A program made the position numbers and the translations under genes. A stretch of 64,000 nt of DNA from an uncultured delta proteobacterium (GTDB taxonomy: Bacteria; Desulfobacterota; Syntrophia; Syntrophales; Smithellaceae), in contig CAVWEH010000005.1 of the NCBI GenBank assembly GCA_963753975.1, positions 471,287-535,286 of the forward strand, given 5' to 3'. Within the stretch, counting starts at the first letter, position 1; each line of letters begins with the position of its first letter. Positions 21,884 to 32,721 of this stretch are shown here, piece after piece. The notes beneath the pieces were generated by a model that did no database searches, was not told the origin of the DNA, and was given only the letters and a program-made list of their open reading frames with translations.

Positions 21884-22855
21884 TTGATAGTATTGCTGCA
21901 AAAAAAACACAACAAAAAAGAGGTGGCTGTGGCCAAACCTGATTTTTGGAAAAACAATAAGAGATATTACGATCTGAAAAGTTACTGGCGTAATTTATTC
22001 GGCTGTAATGTGCACAAATTGCCGATTGATGCGGGATTTACTTGCCCGAACCGTGACGGCCGCGTTGCTTACGGTGGTTGTATTTATTGCGACGGACGCG
22101 CCTCTAAATTGCGCCAGAAGGGCGAATTGCCAACGGTCGCCGAACAAATTCAAAGTGGCAAGACGTTTTATAAACCTCATGCGTCGAAATTTATTGCATA
22201 TTTCCAAACGTTTACCAATACCTACGCCCCTCTTGCTAAATTGCAGGCACTCTACAACGAAGCTTTGAGCCAGGAAGGTGTGATTGGTCTTTCCATCGGT
22301 ACCAGGCCGGATTGCCTGACACCGGAAACAATAGTCTTATTAGAGAAATACGCGAAAAAATATCACATCTGGCTCGAGTTGGGATTACAATCCATGCATG
22401 ATAAAACGCTGCAGCGTATTAACCGAGGACATAATTTTCAGCAGTTCTTGGATGCCGTTCATGCCTGCGCCGGTCACGGTATTAATCTTTGTGTTCATAT
22501 CATTATCGGTTTGCCGGGCGAAGGCGAGGAAGATATTCACAAGACGGCGCAATTCTTAGCAAGATTGCCCATAAACGGCATCAAAATTCATTCTTTGCTG
22601 GCTTTGGAAGGCACGAGGCTGGGCGAAATGTACAAAAATGAATCAATTAAGCTTATAACCAAGGAAAAATACGTTTCTTTGGTGGCCGATGTTCTGGAAA
22701 TTTTGCCTCCGACAATGGTAATCCAGCGATTAACTGCCGAAGGTTATCGCGATATTTTCCTTGCGCCTGACTGGGCAATGAATAAATTAGAAGTGTTAAA
22801 TGCGATTAATAAGGAATTGGAGAAACGGGACTCATATCAAGGTAAAAACTATTAA
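21884..22855 (+). CDS. TIGR01212-family radical SAM protein (YhcC-like)
   Basis: It carries FTCPNRDGRVAYGGCIYCD and the other conserved blocks of the YhcC family. Confidence 0.75.
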   Translation: MIVLLQKKHNKKEVAVAKPDFWKNNKRYYDLKSYWRNLFGCNVHKLPIDAGFTCPNRDGRVAYGGCIYCDGRASKLRQKGELPTVAEQIQSGKTFYKPHASKFIAYFQTFTNTYAPLAKLQALYNEALSQEGVIGLSIGTRPDCLTPETIVLLEKYAKKYHIWLELGLQSMHDKTLQRINRGHNFQQFLDAVHACAGHGINLCVHIIIGLPGEGEEDIHKTAQFLARLPINGIKIHSLLALEGTRLGEMYKNESIKLITKEKYVSLVADVLEILPPTMVIQRLTAEGYRDIFLAPDWAMNKLEVLNAINKELEKRDSYQGKNY

Positions 22856-22928
22856 GGATATAAATTAGTATTGGAAGTTGAGCATAAAACTTGCTAAATT
22901 TCCTTTTCAGTTAATTGGTAATAGAAAT

Positions 22929-23558
22929 ATGATAGCGATAATTGATTATAAGGCTGGAAATCTGACAAGTGTCGCCAGGGCATTGCAAAACATGAATGAA
23001 AGTTTTGTAATAACCGATGATACAAAAAAGCTGGATGCGGCAACGCACGTTATCTTTCCGGGAGTCGGTGCGGCAGGCGATGCTATGGCTAACCTGCGCC
23101 GAAAGAAATTGGATAGCTGGCTTATGAGCTGGATAAAGACCGGCAAGCCGCTGATGGGTATTTGTCTGGGCACCCAAATTATTCTGGATTACAGTGAGGA
23201 AAACGAAACCAAGTGCATCGGGCTTGTTCGCGGTTCAACAAAGCGCTTCCCGGACGACCTAAATATTGCCTGCCGTAAATTAAAGATCCCTCACATGGGC
23301 TGGAACGATGTTTCATTCAATCGCGAGCACCCGGTATTCAGAGACGTGCCAAAGGAGGCGGAATTTTATTTTGTGCACTCTTACTATCCGGCCCCGGAGG
23401 ACGACGCGCTGGTTTTAGGGGTCACCGATTACGGCATCAACTTTTGTTCAGTTCTGGCCGCTAACAATTGGGTAGCGATGCAATTCCATCCGGAAAAAAG
23501 CGGCCGCCCCGGTTTGCAAATACTGCGCAACTTCTGCCGCTGGAGGGGAAATGCTTAA
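22929..23558 (+). CDS. hisH: Imidazole glycerol phosphate synthase, glutamine amidotransferase subunit
   Basis: The product starts MIAIIDYKAGNLTSVARAL and has the GVGA and ICLGTQ motifs. Confidence 0.9.
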   Translation: MIAIIDYKAGNLTSVARALQNMNESFVITDDTKKLDAATHVIFPGVGAAGDAMANLRRKKLDSWLMSWIKTGKPLMGICLGTQIILDYSEENETKCIGLVRGSTKRFPDDLNIACRKLKIPHMGWNDVSFNREHPVFRDVPKEAEFYFVHSYYPAPEDDALVLGVTDYGINFCSVLAANNWVAMQFHPEKSGRPGLQILRNFCRWRGNA

Positions 23559-23719
23559 TGAAGTTATGAAAATCAAAGTACGTGTAATCACGGACGACCT
23601 TGCAAAAAGCGCCAGAGGCAAGGCGCGCAAGGCACGAGGCGTGAGGCGTACTTTTGGCGTACACCGCAACAACGAGGGACGCGGCGCAACGCAGCATATG
23701 GACTTTTTGCGAGGTTGTC

Positions 23720-24499
23720 ATGCTTAGCAAAAGAATTATTCCTTGCCTGGATGTGCGTGACGGAAAACTCACCAAGGGCATCAAATTCAAGGATAATGTC
23801 GATATTGGCGATCCGGTCGAAGCCGCACGGGCATATTACGAGGAGGGCGCCGATGAAATCGTGTTTTACGATATAACCGCCTCGGCGGAGCGCCGCGATA
23901 TAATGATTGATGTAGTTCGCCGCGTGGCGCAGAGAATTTTTATTCCCTTTTCCGTCGGCGGCGGCATCCGCAATGTGGAAGATATGCGCCGGGTAATTCT
24001 GGCCGGAGCGGAAAAAGTCAGCGTTAATTCCACTGCTGTCACCGATCCGAAAATTATTTCGCACGGCGCGAAGGCATTCGGCAGCCAGTGCATAGTGCTG
24101 GGTATGGATGTAAAAAAAGCGGAAATGTCGGATAAAATTCCTTCCGGCTATGAAATCGTCATTAACGGAGGACGAACATTTACGGGTATCGATGCTCTCT
24201 GGTGGGCAAAAGAGGCGGAAAAACTCGGGGCCGGTGAAATTTGTCTGAATTCCATTGACGCCGACGGCACCCAAAAGGGTTATGAATTGAATCTAACGGC
24301 GCTTATTGCCGAAAATGTGAATATTCCGGTTATAGCATCTGGAGGAGCAGGGAAACCCGAACACCTTGCGCAAGTGTTAACGGAAGGAAAGGCCGACGCG
24401 GCGCTCATCGCTTCGATGGTTCATTACCGTATGTACACGATTGCGGATATTAAACAATATCTGAACGATAGACAAATCAAAACAAGAATGCTCTGGTAG
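23720..24499 (+). CDS. hisF: Imidazole glycerol phosphate synthase cyclase subunit
   Basis: The product starts [20 protein letters not shown] and has the ASGGAG motif. Confidence 0.9.
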   Translation: MLSKRIIPCLDVRDGKLTKGIKFKDNVDIGDPVEAARAYYEEGADEIVFYDITASAERRDIMIDVVRRVAQRIFIPFSVGGGIRNVEDMRRVILAGAEKVSVNSTAVTDPKIISHGAKAFGSQCIVLGMDVKKAEMSDKIPSGYEIVINGGRTFTGIDALWWAKEAEKLGAGEICLNSIDADGTQKGYELNLTALIAENVNIPVIASGGAGKPEHLAQVLTEGKADAALIASMVHYRMYTIADIKQYLNDRQIKTRMLW

Positions 24500-24625
24500 A
24501 GCGGCAACGAATATAGGCGTGGCGAATTTTCGCGTGTTTTTAGATAATTGACAAAAAAATATTTCACTATACAAAGCTGCTATTAAGTATTAATATTTTA
24601 TAAGTAAGTTAGGAGGCGATTTAAG

Positions 24626-25507
24626 GTGGATGCAAAAAGACATGAATTAAATATCCAATTGGCGCAAATGTTAAAAGGCGGCGTCATCATGGATGTAACC
24701 AATGTAGAACAGGCGAAGATTGCCGAAGATGCAGGCGCCGTTGCTGTAATGGCGTTGGAGCGCGTACCCGCGGATATCCGCAAGGACGGGGGCGTCGCCA
24801 GAATGTCCGATCCGGCCATGATCGCCCAAATTAAAAAGGCCGTATCGATTCCGGTAATGGCCAAAGCACGTATCGGCCATTTTGCGGAGGCGCAAATTCT
24901 CGAGGCATTGCGTATTGATTATATTGATGAAAGCGAAGTGCTGACTCCGGCCGATGAAGAATGTCATATTGATAAGACAAAATTTAAAATCCCGTTTGTT
25001 TGCGGCGCGCGCAATCTCGGCGAAGCTCTGCGCCGGATAGCCGAAGGCGCGGCAATGATCCGCACTAAAGGAGAAGCGGGAACCGGAAATGTTGTAGAAG
25101 CTGTGCGCCACATGAGAACCATGAATCGCGAAATCCGCCAGTTAGTTGAAATGCCCAAAGAAGAAGTAACAGGCTTTGCGAAAGCCAACGGCATGCCTTA
25201 TGACCTCGCACTGAAAGTCAAGGAGTTGGGTCGCCTACCTGTTGTTAATTTTGCCGCGGGCGGAATTGCCACTCCCGCCGATGCAGCCTTGATGATGCAA
25301 CTGGGCTGTGATGGAATTTTTGTCGGCTCCGGCATATTCAAATCCGCCGATCCGGGGCTGCGCGCGAAAGCGATAGTCAAGGCGACAGCATATTTTAATG
25401 ATCCCAAGAAAGTTATGGAAGCATCAATGGGACTGGGTGAAGCGATGCCCGGCCTGGAAATATCACAAATCCCTCCTGATCAGCGTTTAGCTAGCCGCGG
25501 TTGGTAG
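24626..25507 (+). CDS. pdxS: Pyridoxal 5'-phosphate synthase lyase subunit
   Basis: It matches PdxS/SNZ across its full length ([38 protein letters not shown]). Confidence 0.95.
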   Translation: MDAKRHELNIQLAQMLKGGVIMDVTNVEQAKIAEDAGAVAVMALERVPADIRKDGGVARMSDPAMIAQIKKAVSIPVMAKARIGHFAEAQILEALRIDYIDESEVLTPADEECHIDKTKFKIPFVCGARNLGEALRRIAEGAAMIRTKGEAGTGNVVEAVRHMRTMNREIRQLVEMPKEEVTGFAKANGMPYDLALKVKELGRLPVVNFAAGGIATPADAALMMQLGCDGIFVGSGIFKSADPGLRAKAIVKATAYFNDPKKVMEASMGLGEAMPGLEISQIPPDQRLASRGW

Positions 25508-26187
25508 CAAATATGGCCTTGCATCTGGTAAGCAATAAATCTGCGTCGATAGGAATTCTGGACTTACAGGGCGGCGTTCATGAGCATTTAGACCATCTGG
25601 AGCGCCTGGGAATCCCCTATAAGAGAGTGAAACAGGAAGCTGATTTTGCAGACTTGGCGGGTCTCATCATCCCCGGCGGTGAGAGCTCCTGCATTGCGAA
25701 ACTGCTCGATACTTTCGGAATTAAAAAAATAATACTCAATGCGCACCGCAGAGGCATGAAAATATGGGGAACCTGCGCAGGTGCGATTTTGCTTGCCGAA
25801 AAAGTAATTAACGAATCGCCTTGTCTTGGGCTCATCGATATGGAAATCGAGCGCAACAGTTTTGGCAGTCACCTCGATAGTTTTGTCACTGAAGCGTTGA
25901 TTCCTGCGGTCGCTCGCGAGTCGATGCCATTGACCTTTATCAGGGCGCCGAAGATCACTAAAGTGGGGAAAGATGTCCGGGTACTTTTGAAAATTGACGA
26001 CTACATAGCGGCGGCGGAAAGCAAAAATGTTCTGGTTACCGTATTTCATCCGGAATTAACCGGATGCCTGGCACTGCATCGCTATTTTGCTCTCAAATGC
26101 GGATTGCAGACGGCCTTAAGCGCGCAAGATTGTATTGATCGTCATTGGCAAATTTCCAGTTGGACGAGACTTGCCCGCATTGCCTGA
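25501..26187 (+). CDS. pdxT: Pyridoxal 5'-phosphate synthase glutaminase subunit
   Basis: [14 protein letters not shown]...GGESS identifies a PdxT/SNO class I amidotransferase. It overlaps the end of pdxS. Confidence 0.9.
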   Translation: MVANMALHLVSNKSASIGILDLQGGVHEHLDHLERLGIPYKRVKQEADFADLAGLIIPGGESSCIAKLLDTFGIKKIILNAHRRGMKIWGTCAGAILLAEKVINESPCLGLIDMEIERNSFGSHLDSFVTEALIPAVARESMPLTFIRAPKITKVGKDVRVLLKIDDYIAAAESKNVLVTVFHPELTGCLALHRYFALKCGLQTALSAQDCIDRHWQISSWTRLARIA

Positions 26188-26305
26188 TTTGTATGTATAA
26201 GTAAACTTAGAGCTCTAATTTCCGTCAGTGCCCAAAAGTTAAATCTAATTCGGGGATATTATTCCCGTATAGGCAATTTTTTAGCCGGCAGAAGTATTTT
26301 GAAGT

Positions 26306-26331
26306 TCTCCGCGGCAAGGCGCGGAGAATCT
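26306..26331 (+). terminator. Perfect 9 bp hairpin downstream of pdxT; a possible terminator or RNA structure.
   Basis: TTCTCCGCG-gcaagg-CGCGGAGAA is followed by TCTTCGATTCTT, which is only a weak U tract. Confidence 0.3.
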
Positions 26332-26437
26332 TCGATTCTTGAGGAAATATTAATTCCGGATTCGCTCGCTCACCCCACAGCAAGCTACGGGGGATGCGCG
26401 AGCTGCCGAATTCAACGACTTGAAAGGAGATGATAGT

Positions 26438-26713
26438 ATGGAAACTAAGGATGCATATGTAGCCAAACTCAAAGCCCAAATTGATCAATGGAGCGCAGAA
26501 ATAGACAAACTCGAGGCAAAAGCAAAAAAGACCAGGGAAGACTATGAAGCTCAAATAAAAGCATTACGCCAGAAGTACGATTCGGCAAAAACCAGGATAA
26601 CGGAAATCCAGCAAGCGAGTGAGGCCTCATGGAAAGATCTAAAGGAGGGAGTAGAGACCGCCTGGAGTGCTTTTAAGCAAGGGTTAGACAAGGCCAAAGC
26701 TCGATTCAAATAA
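26438..26713 (+). CDS. Small coiled-coil protein of unknown function
   Basis: An AAAGGAG Shine-Dalgarno sits 8 nt before the ATG. The sequence is Lys/Glu/Ala-rich with a heptad-like pattern. Confidence 0.5.
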   Translation: METKDAYVAKLKAQIDQWSAEIDKLEAKAKKTREDYEAQIKALRQKYDSAKTRITEIQQASEASWKDLKEGVETAWSAFKQGLDKAKARFK

Positions 26714-26817
26714 CATATTAAAGTTCCAGAAAAGCAAGCTTACATTTACGTAAAGGCGATATTGGTAATGCAGCTTATGCGAATTGTTTAATACTGCCTT
26801 CAACTTTCTTTAGTATT

Positions 26818-27591
26818 ATGCATTTCATTGAAAATATCGAAGAGAATTTCTTTGGCGTTGGTCGCTATTGGGGAAGTTTTAATCCTTCGTTGACTCAGGC
26901 TGGATCAATTTGGGCAATGAACACCGGCGTATCTATTTCCGATTGCAACTGGGTCTGGAATGAAAAGCCTTTAACCAATGATGATGCGAAGTCCATCGCT
27001 GATATAAAAAAGATTTACAAAAAATTAAATCTGCGTTTCTGGTGGTGGATATATCCCCGTGGGCAATCGCCGCAAACCAGAATTATGTTGCAAGATGCGG
27101 GATTGCGGTTGATTGAAAAAATACCTTGCATGGCTACGGATTTGAACGATTCATCTCCAGAAAAGCAAATCCCCGACAATATAATAATCTCTACCGTTAA
27201 AGACAAAAAAGATTTGCTTATCTGGGAGGACATTTCTTTTCATGGTTTTGAAATGCTTGAGCGCGTGAGAGCGCAGTACGGGGCTTTTGTTTCATCGTTT
27301 GATCTTGGAAACCAATCGCCGCAAAAGCTTTTTCTTGCCTATTTCGACGGCAAACCTGCAGCCACATCGCTGCTTTTTGTGCATAACAATACAGCGGGAA
27401 TCTACTATGTCTCTACTCTTCCCGCTTATCGGAACAAAGGCTTGGGTTTAAATGTAACGCTGGCCGCGATGCAAACCGCAAAAAAATCGGGATTCAAAAA
27501 TATTATTTTGCAGGCATCCAAATTTGGAGTGAATGTTTATAGGCGGGCGGGTTTTAAAGAATACTGTAAGGCAGATATTTACAAACTTTGA
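26818..27591 (+). CDS. GNAT-family N-acetyltransferase
   Basis: The C-terminal half has the acetyl-CoA binding motif (STLPAYRNKGLGLNVTLAAM). Confidence 0.6.
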   Translation: MHFIENIEENFFGVGRYWGSFNPSLTQAGSIWAMNTGVSISDCNWVWNEKPLTNDDAKSIADIKKIYKKLNLRFWWWIYPRGQSPQTRIMLQDAGLRLIEKIPCMATDLNDSSPEKQIPDNIIISTVKDKKDLLIWEDISFHGFEMLERVRAQYGAFVSSFDLGNQSPQKLFLAYFDGKPAATSLLFVHNNTAGIYYVSTLPAYRNKGLGLNVTLAAMQTAKKSGFKNIILQASKFGVNVYRRAGFKEYCKADIYKL

Positions 27592-27689
27592 ATTTAGATT
27601 TTAATTGTTTCGAACTATTATACTCGAGTTAATAGTGATCGTTTTCACTTCTTAAGTATAGCTTCTTCATTATTTACACGGAACGTGTG

Positions 27690-27705
27690 TGGCACCCGCG
27701 TTGCG
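27690..27705 (+). promoter_or_regulatory. Second sigma-54 -24/-12 element, about 570 nt upstream of amtB and immediately upstream of repeat copy C.
   Basis: TGGCAC-ccgcg-TTGCG is a perfect consensus match. Confidence 0.55.
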
Positions 27706-27744
27706 GAGCGACGCTGGTCGGACATACTGGTTAGTCCGTGTAAG

Positions 27745-27872
27745 TGGCGAATTTGATTGCCTTCTTACTGCTATGTTTGGTCTCATTACAACTTACCAAT
27801 TCCGCCGTGTGATCTCTTGTGACCTTCAGGTTATTAGGTTATACACTTTGCTTTCGGGATTTAAGTTTCGCG
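27745..27872. repeat. Copy C of the intergenic repeat family (diverged)
   Basis: It shares GGTCTCATTACAACTTACCAATT and GCTTTCGG(G/A)ATT..AGTTTC with copy A. Confidence 0.5.
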
Positions 27873-28080
27873 AATAAAAACCTTAACACCGCAATCTTCG
27901 AATTCAAAATAACTATGATAACGAAATAATACTATTTAATAAATTGTCAATAAGTTTATTTATTTTCACTTTGAGATGAAATAGTTAAGTCGCACTTTTT
28001 TTATTTTTTGCCCTCATAATTCAGGAAATATAGTGATGCACGATGAACAACAAAGGTGTTGGTATTTGTTCTGCTAAAAA

Positions 28081-28106
28081 ACAACAAAATTGTTCTATTT
28101 TGTTGT
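28081..28106. promoter_or_regulatory. Perfect 10 bp inverted repeat (ACAACAAAAT-N6-ATTTTGTTGT), about 85 nt upstream of the amtB sigma-54 promoter; a candidate enhancer or operator.
   Basis: The dyad symmetry is perfect. Two further TTTGTTGT direct copies follow at 28099 and 28118. Confidence 0.4.
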
Positions 28107-28191
28107 TTGAGCAACGTCTTTGTTGTGCTTTCTTGCCTCTTCTTACAATCGTATTTATAAATTATCCAATGCAATCCAGCTATTACCTATT

Positions 28192-28207
28192 TGGCATTCC
28201 TATTGCT
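28192..28207 (+). promoter_or_regulatory. Sigma-54 -24/-12 promoter for amtB-glnK-glnA
   Basis: TGGCAT-tccta-TTGCT. A GGAGG Shine-Dalgarno sits at 28251 and the ATG at 28264. Confidence 0.7.
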
Positions 28208-28263
28208 ATGTAGCTTCCATGTAGAGCAATTTAATTCGAAAATTTCTGAAGGAGGTTAAGACA

Positions 28264-29499
28264 ATGAATAGCGGTGATACTGCGTGGGTTCTTGTGTCCA
28301 CAGTACTGGTATTTGCGATGACTATACCAGGCCTAGCGTTTTTTTATGGAGGGTTGGTCAGGAGAAAAAATGTTCTTTCCATTTTGATGCAGTGTTTCAT
28401 TATCATGTGCGTGATCAGCCTCCAATGGGTGTTGTTCGGTTATTCCCTTTCTTTCGGACCCGATACCGGAGGGGGAATTATTGGGAGTCTTAAATGGGCC
28501 GGTCTTAATTTTGTGGGCAGCCAGCCGAATCCCGATTATGCGGCGACGATTCCTCATTCCGTTTTCATGATTTTTCAGATGATGTTCGCGGTAATTACAC
28601 CGGCTTTGATTATCGGCGCCTTTGCCGAGCGCATGAAATTTTCCGCTTTTTTGATTTTCACTGTCCTGTGGGCTACTTTTGTTTATAATCCCCTGGCCCA
28701 CTGGGTCTGGGGTATGGGCGGCTGGATGAAAGCTCTTGGCGGCCTGGACTTTGCGGGCGGCATTGTCGTCCACGCGAGCTCCGGTGTATCGGCTCTGGTT
28801 ATCTGCCTTCTTTTGGGTCGAAGAATCGGCTATCAGCATTCCCCTTTCCGGCCGCACAACCTGCCCTTCACTGTTTTGGGGGCCGCGCTGCTCTGGTTCG
28901 GATGGTTTGGCTTTAACGCCGGCTCCGCTTTGGCCGCAGACGGAATCGCAGCTAATGCTTTTGTAACCACGCAGGTCGCCACGGCGGCGGCCGGATTAAC
29001 CTGGGCTTTAATTGAATGGCAACAACATGGCGCACCGACTATTCTCGGAGCATGCACGGGCGCTGTTGCGGGGCTTGTCGCTATCACGCCCGCCTGCGGA
29101 TATGTAAACCCCATGAATGCCATCTTTATCGGTATACTTGTCTCCGTGTTTTGTTATATCGCCATCGCAGTTATCAAAAGCAAACTGGGCTACGACGACG
29201 CTTTGGACGCGTTTGGTGTTCACGGCGTAGGAGGTATTTGGGGCACGATTGCTGTTGGTCTTTTCGCCGAAAAAGCAGTCAACGCCGGCGGCGCCAACGG
29301 GCTTTTCTTCGGAGATACACATCAATTTCTTGTGCAACTAATGATGGTGGCTGTTGCGCCTGCTTTTGCGGCGGTGATGACCTGGATACTCTTTAAGTTT
29401 GTGGATGCCGTCTTCGGTATGCGGGTGGAAGAAAAACAAGAAGTTATCGGCCTTGACCTGACTCAACAGAGTGAAACGGCCTATACGGTTATTGAATAA
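28264..29499 (+). CDS. amtB: Ammonium transporter
   Basis: The 411 aa polytopic Amt family protein carries the signature GAVAGLVAITPACG. Confidence 0.95.
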   Translation: MNSGDTAWVLVSTVLVFAMTIPGLAFFYGGLVRRKNVLSILMQCFIIMCVISLQWVLFGYSLSFGPDTGGGIIGSLKWAGLNFVGSQPNPDYAATIPHSVFMIFQMMFAVITPALIIGAFAERMKFSAFLIFTVLWATFVYNPLAHWVWGMGGWMKALGGLDFAGGIVVHASSGVSALVICLLLGRRIGYQHSPFRPHNLPFTVLGAALLWFGWFGFNAGSALAADGIAANAFVTTQVATAAAGLTWALIEWQQHGAPTILGACTGAVAGLVAITPACGYVNPMNAIFIGILVSVFCYIAIAVIKSKLGYDDALDAFGVHGVGGIWGTIAVGLFAEKAVNAGGANGLFFGDTHQFLVQLMMVAVAPAFAAVMTWILFKFVDAVFGMRVEEKQEVIGLDLTQQSETAYTVIE

Positions 29500-29513
29500 G
29501 GAGGACATAAACC

Positions 29514-29855
29514 ATGAAATATATTGTCGCGATTATACAGCCGCATAAACTGGATGATGTAATGAAATCTCTGGAAGACGCCGATGTCACCTTGATGACG
29601 GTTTCCAATGTCCTGGGCCGGGGGCGTCAGAAGGGCATTACAGAAGTTTATCGTGGCGCCAAGGAAGTAGGCAGTCTTTTGAAAAAAGTAAAGATCGAAA
29701 TTGCCGTCAATGAAGACTTTGTGGAACCCACGATAAATGCCATAATGAAGGGTGCGCGCACCGGCGAAGTGGGTGATGGAAAGATATTCGTTACGGATCT
29801 TTATGAAGTGCTCCGTATCAGCACCAATGAACGGGGCGGCAAAGCCATCGGTTAG
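29514..29855 (+). CDS. glnK: Nitrogen regulatory protein P-II
   Basis: [16 protein letters not shown]...[15 protein letters not shown] includes the T-loop Tyr. It sits immediately after amtB. Confidence 0.95.
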   Translation: MKYIVAIIQPHKLDDVMKSLEDADVTLMTVSNVLGRGRQKGITEVYRGAKEVGSLLKKVKIEIAVNEDFVEPTINAIMKGARTGEVGDGKIFVTDLYEVLRISTNERGGKAIG

Positions 29856-29867
29856 GAGGAATTTACG

Positions 29868-31283
29868 ATGAGTCTTAAAGATTTGACAAAATATTCCAAG
29901 GATAACCGCCTGGAATTTATTGATCTGAAGTTTACGGATGTTCCTGGATTGTGGCAGCATATTACTATTCCCATTGAAGAGCTCACGGAAGACCTGATGG
30001 TTCACGGCACCGGTTTTGACGGATCGAGTATCCGGGGATTCCAGCCAATCAATGAAAGTGACATGCTGATCAAACCTGATCCGGAAACAGCGTTTGTTGA
30101 TCCTTTCATGGCCGACCCGACGCTGAGCATGATCTGCAATGTCAAAGATCCACTTACGCAGGTGCCTTACTCGCGTGATCCGCGCAACGTAGCTCAAAAA
30201 GCAGAGCGTTATCTTTCCTCTTGCGGTATCGCTGATCAGGTTTTTTTCGGGCCGGAGCCGGAGTTTTATATCTTCGATGATATCCGTTTTGAGCAAACAT
30301 ACAACAGTGGATTTTACAAAATAGATTCCAAAGAAGGGTTTTGGAATTCAGCCCGGGAGGAAAAACCCAACCTTGGTTACAAACCGCGTGTCAAGGAAGG
30401 ATATTTCCCTGTTCCGCCAACAGACAGTCTACACAACCTTCGCGCCAAGATGACAAAGGTAATGAAAGAAGTTGGTATCGAAGTACTGTTGCATCACCAT
30501 GAGGTAGGGACAGCGGGACAGTGTGAAATAGGCGTTCGCGTGAATACTCTAGTAAACACCGGCGATATGCTCATGAAATACAAATATGTCGTGAAAAACG
30601 TGGCTCTCGCCAACGGCAAGACGGTTACCTTCATGCCCAAACCGATCTTTATGGATAACGGCTCCGGGATGCATGTCCATCAAAGTCTGTGGCGGGCGGG
30701 AAGGAATCTCTTCTATGATACCAGCGGTTATGCCGGCATCAGCGAGATGTGCAGACATTATATCGGCGGGATTTTGCATCATGCGCCGTCGCTTCTTGCC
30801 TTTACTTCTCCGACAACAAATTCCTATAGAAGATTGGTTCCCGGCTATGAGGCGCCGATTAATCTTGTGTATTCCCAGCGCAACCGCAGCGCCTGTGTGA
30901 GAATTCCCATGTATTCGCCGAGCGAAAAGGCGAAACGCATCGAATTTCGTTGCCCCGATTGTTCCTGCAATCCCTATCTGGCGCTGGCCGCGATGCTGAT
31001 GGCGGGCTTAGATGGAATAGAAAACAAGATAGAGCCCCCAGCGCCTGTAGATGAGGATATATACGAACTTTCTGCGGAAGAAAAAAAACATATCCGGGCG
31101 ACTCCCGGATCGCTCGCGGAAGTTCTAGATAATCTGGAGAAGGATCACGCTTATTTACTTAAAGGCGGCGTGTTTACCAAGGATCTCATCGAAGTATGGG
31201 TGGAATATAAACATAAAAGAGAAGATGACATGATTCGCCTGCGGCCCCATCCTTACGAGTTTGCCATGTATTTCGATATTTAA
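29868..31283 (+). CDS. glnA: Glutamine synthetase type I
   Basis: The 471 aa product has GSI blocks such as [10 protein letters not shown] and C-terminal conservation. Confidence 0.95.
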   Translation: MSLKDLTKYSKDNRLEFIDLKFTDVPGLWQHITIPIEELTEDLMVHGTGFDGSSIRGFQPINESDMLIKPDPETAFVDPFMADPTLSMICNVKDPLTQVPYSRDPRNVAQKAERYLSSCGIADQVFFGPEPEFYIFDDIRFEQTYNSGFYKIDSKEGFWNSAREEKPNLGYKPRVKEGYFPVPPTDSLHNLRAKMTKVMKEVGIEVLLHHHEVGTAGQCEIGVRVNTLVNTGDMLMKYKYVVKNVALANGKTVTFMPKPIFMDNGSGMHVHQSLWRAGRNLFYDTSGYAGISEMCRHYIGGILHHAPSLLAFTSPTTNSYRRLVPGYEAPINLVYSQRNRSACVRIPMYSPSEKAKRIEFRCPDCSCNPYLALAAMLMAGLDGIENKIEPPAPVDEDIYELSAEEKKHIRATPGSLAEVLDNLEKDHAYLLKGGVFTKDLIEVWVEYKHKREDDMIRLRPHPYEFAMYFDI

Positions 31284-31349
31284 GCGCAGGTCGCATCATC
31301 ATAAAAGAAGAAAATGTAAATTAAATATTTTACAAGGAGGAATAAATAT

Positions 31350-32651
31350 ATGAACACCGATATGATAGAAATATTTGTTGCGATCTTGGCCGTCATGGTC
31401 CTCATCATCTACATTAAAGCGAACATGAAGATTTGTGAGCCCAATGAGATCATGATTTTTTCCGGACGCAGGTTTAAACAGAAAGACAAGGTACTGGGCC
31501 CCCGCATACTGGGCTACAGGGTTATCAGAGGTGGCCGGGGAATGAAAGTGCCGTTGATTGAAACGGTACGCACCATGTCGCTTAGCACCATGCCCATCGA
31601 GATGGATGTGACAGGCGCCCTGACGAAAGGCACCATACCAGTAAATGTAAAGGCAATGGCCAATGTTAAGATTGCCGGCACTCTGGAGGAGGGCCTGAGT
31701 AATGCTATTGAACGGTTTCTGGGAAAAAGTTCAACGGCTATCGCGAGCACGGCAAAGGATATCTTGGAGGGAACCCTGCGGGGTATTCTTGCCACTATGG
31801 AGCCCGAGGAAGCCAATGCGAATCGTTTGGTTGTTGCTCAGGATGTATCAAAAGAAGCCTCTGAAGACATGAAACGTATGGGTTTAGTTTTGGATATGTT
31901 CAAGATTCAGGTCATCAAAGATGACAAGGGCTATCTCGAAGCTATCGCGCGAAAGAAAAATGCCGAGGTTCAGCGGGACGCCCGAATTGTGGAAGCACAA
32001 TCCAACGCCGAAGCCAGCCGCAAGGAAGCCGAAAGCAGGAAAATAGCAGAGGTTGCCGATATTGAAGCAAGAAAAGTAGTAGTTGCTTCAGAAATGGATT
32101 TCCGGGTGAAACAGGCGGAATTGAAATCCGAAGCCAACAAGGCAGAAGAAAGAGCGAAGATGGCCGGAGAAATCGCCAGGATGGAAGAGACCACAACATT
32201 GGAAAAAAGGAAAGTAGAGACCAACAAATTGAAGTATCAAGCCGAGGTAGTGGTTCCCGCCGAAGCGGAAAAAGAAGCAAAGATAAGCAAAGCCAAAGGT
32301 GATGCTGCTTTTACGTTTGAAGAGGGAAAATCCAAGGCAGAAGCGTTAAAACTCTTACGCGAGCAGTGGCAAAAAGAAGGTAGTAAAGACCTCTTTATGA
32401 TTCAGCTTTTGCCTGAACTGGTCAGACATGTATCCAAGGTAATCGCCTCCAATTTGAATGTTGAGCGCCTGACCGTTGTGGACAGCGGCAATGGAAGTGG
32501 CGGCGGCTTACCCCATCTGGTGGGTAACCTGGCCGGTTCCGTGAATTCCTTCTTCGAGCAAATGAAAACCCTCACAGGGTTGGATGTGGTTCGTCTTGTA
32601 GAAGAAAAATACGGCGCCGCACAATCCGTTAAAGCTAAACACACTGTGTAA
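31350..32651 (+). CDS. Flotillin-like SPFH/band-7 protein (FloT/YqiK-like)
   Basis: An N-terminal TM segment is followed by an SPFH domain and a long EA-rich coiled coil. Confidence 0.85.
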   Translation: MNTDMIEIFVAILAVMVLIIYIKANMKICEPNEIMIFSGRRFKQKDKVLGPRILGYRVIRGGRGMKVPLIETVRTMSLSTMPIEMDVTGALTKGTIPVNVKAMANVKIAGTLEEGLSNAIERFLGKSSTAIASTAKDILEGTLRGILATMEPEEANANRLVVAQDVSKEASEDMKRMGLVLDMFKIQVIKDDKGYLEAIARKKNAEVQRDARIVEAQSNAEASRKEAESRKIAEVADIEARKVVVASEMDFRVKQAELKSEANKAEERAKMAGEIARMEETTTLEKRKVETNKLKYQAEVVVPAEAEKEAKISKAKGDAAFTFEEGKSKAEALKLLREQWQKEGSKDLFMIQLLPELVRHVSKVIASNLNVERLTVVDSGNGSGGGLPHLVGNLAGSVNSFFEQMKTLTGLDVVRLVEEKYGAAQSVKAKHTV

Positions 32652-32721
32652 GCTGTTTGATTTTTATAGAACGCGAGGAAAAATCAATATCTCTTTTTGC
32701 GATAAACATAGAGAAAGGAGA

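Noticed and set aside
28333-28857. A 174 aa minus-strand ORF
   Set aside because: It is antisense inside amtB.
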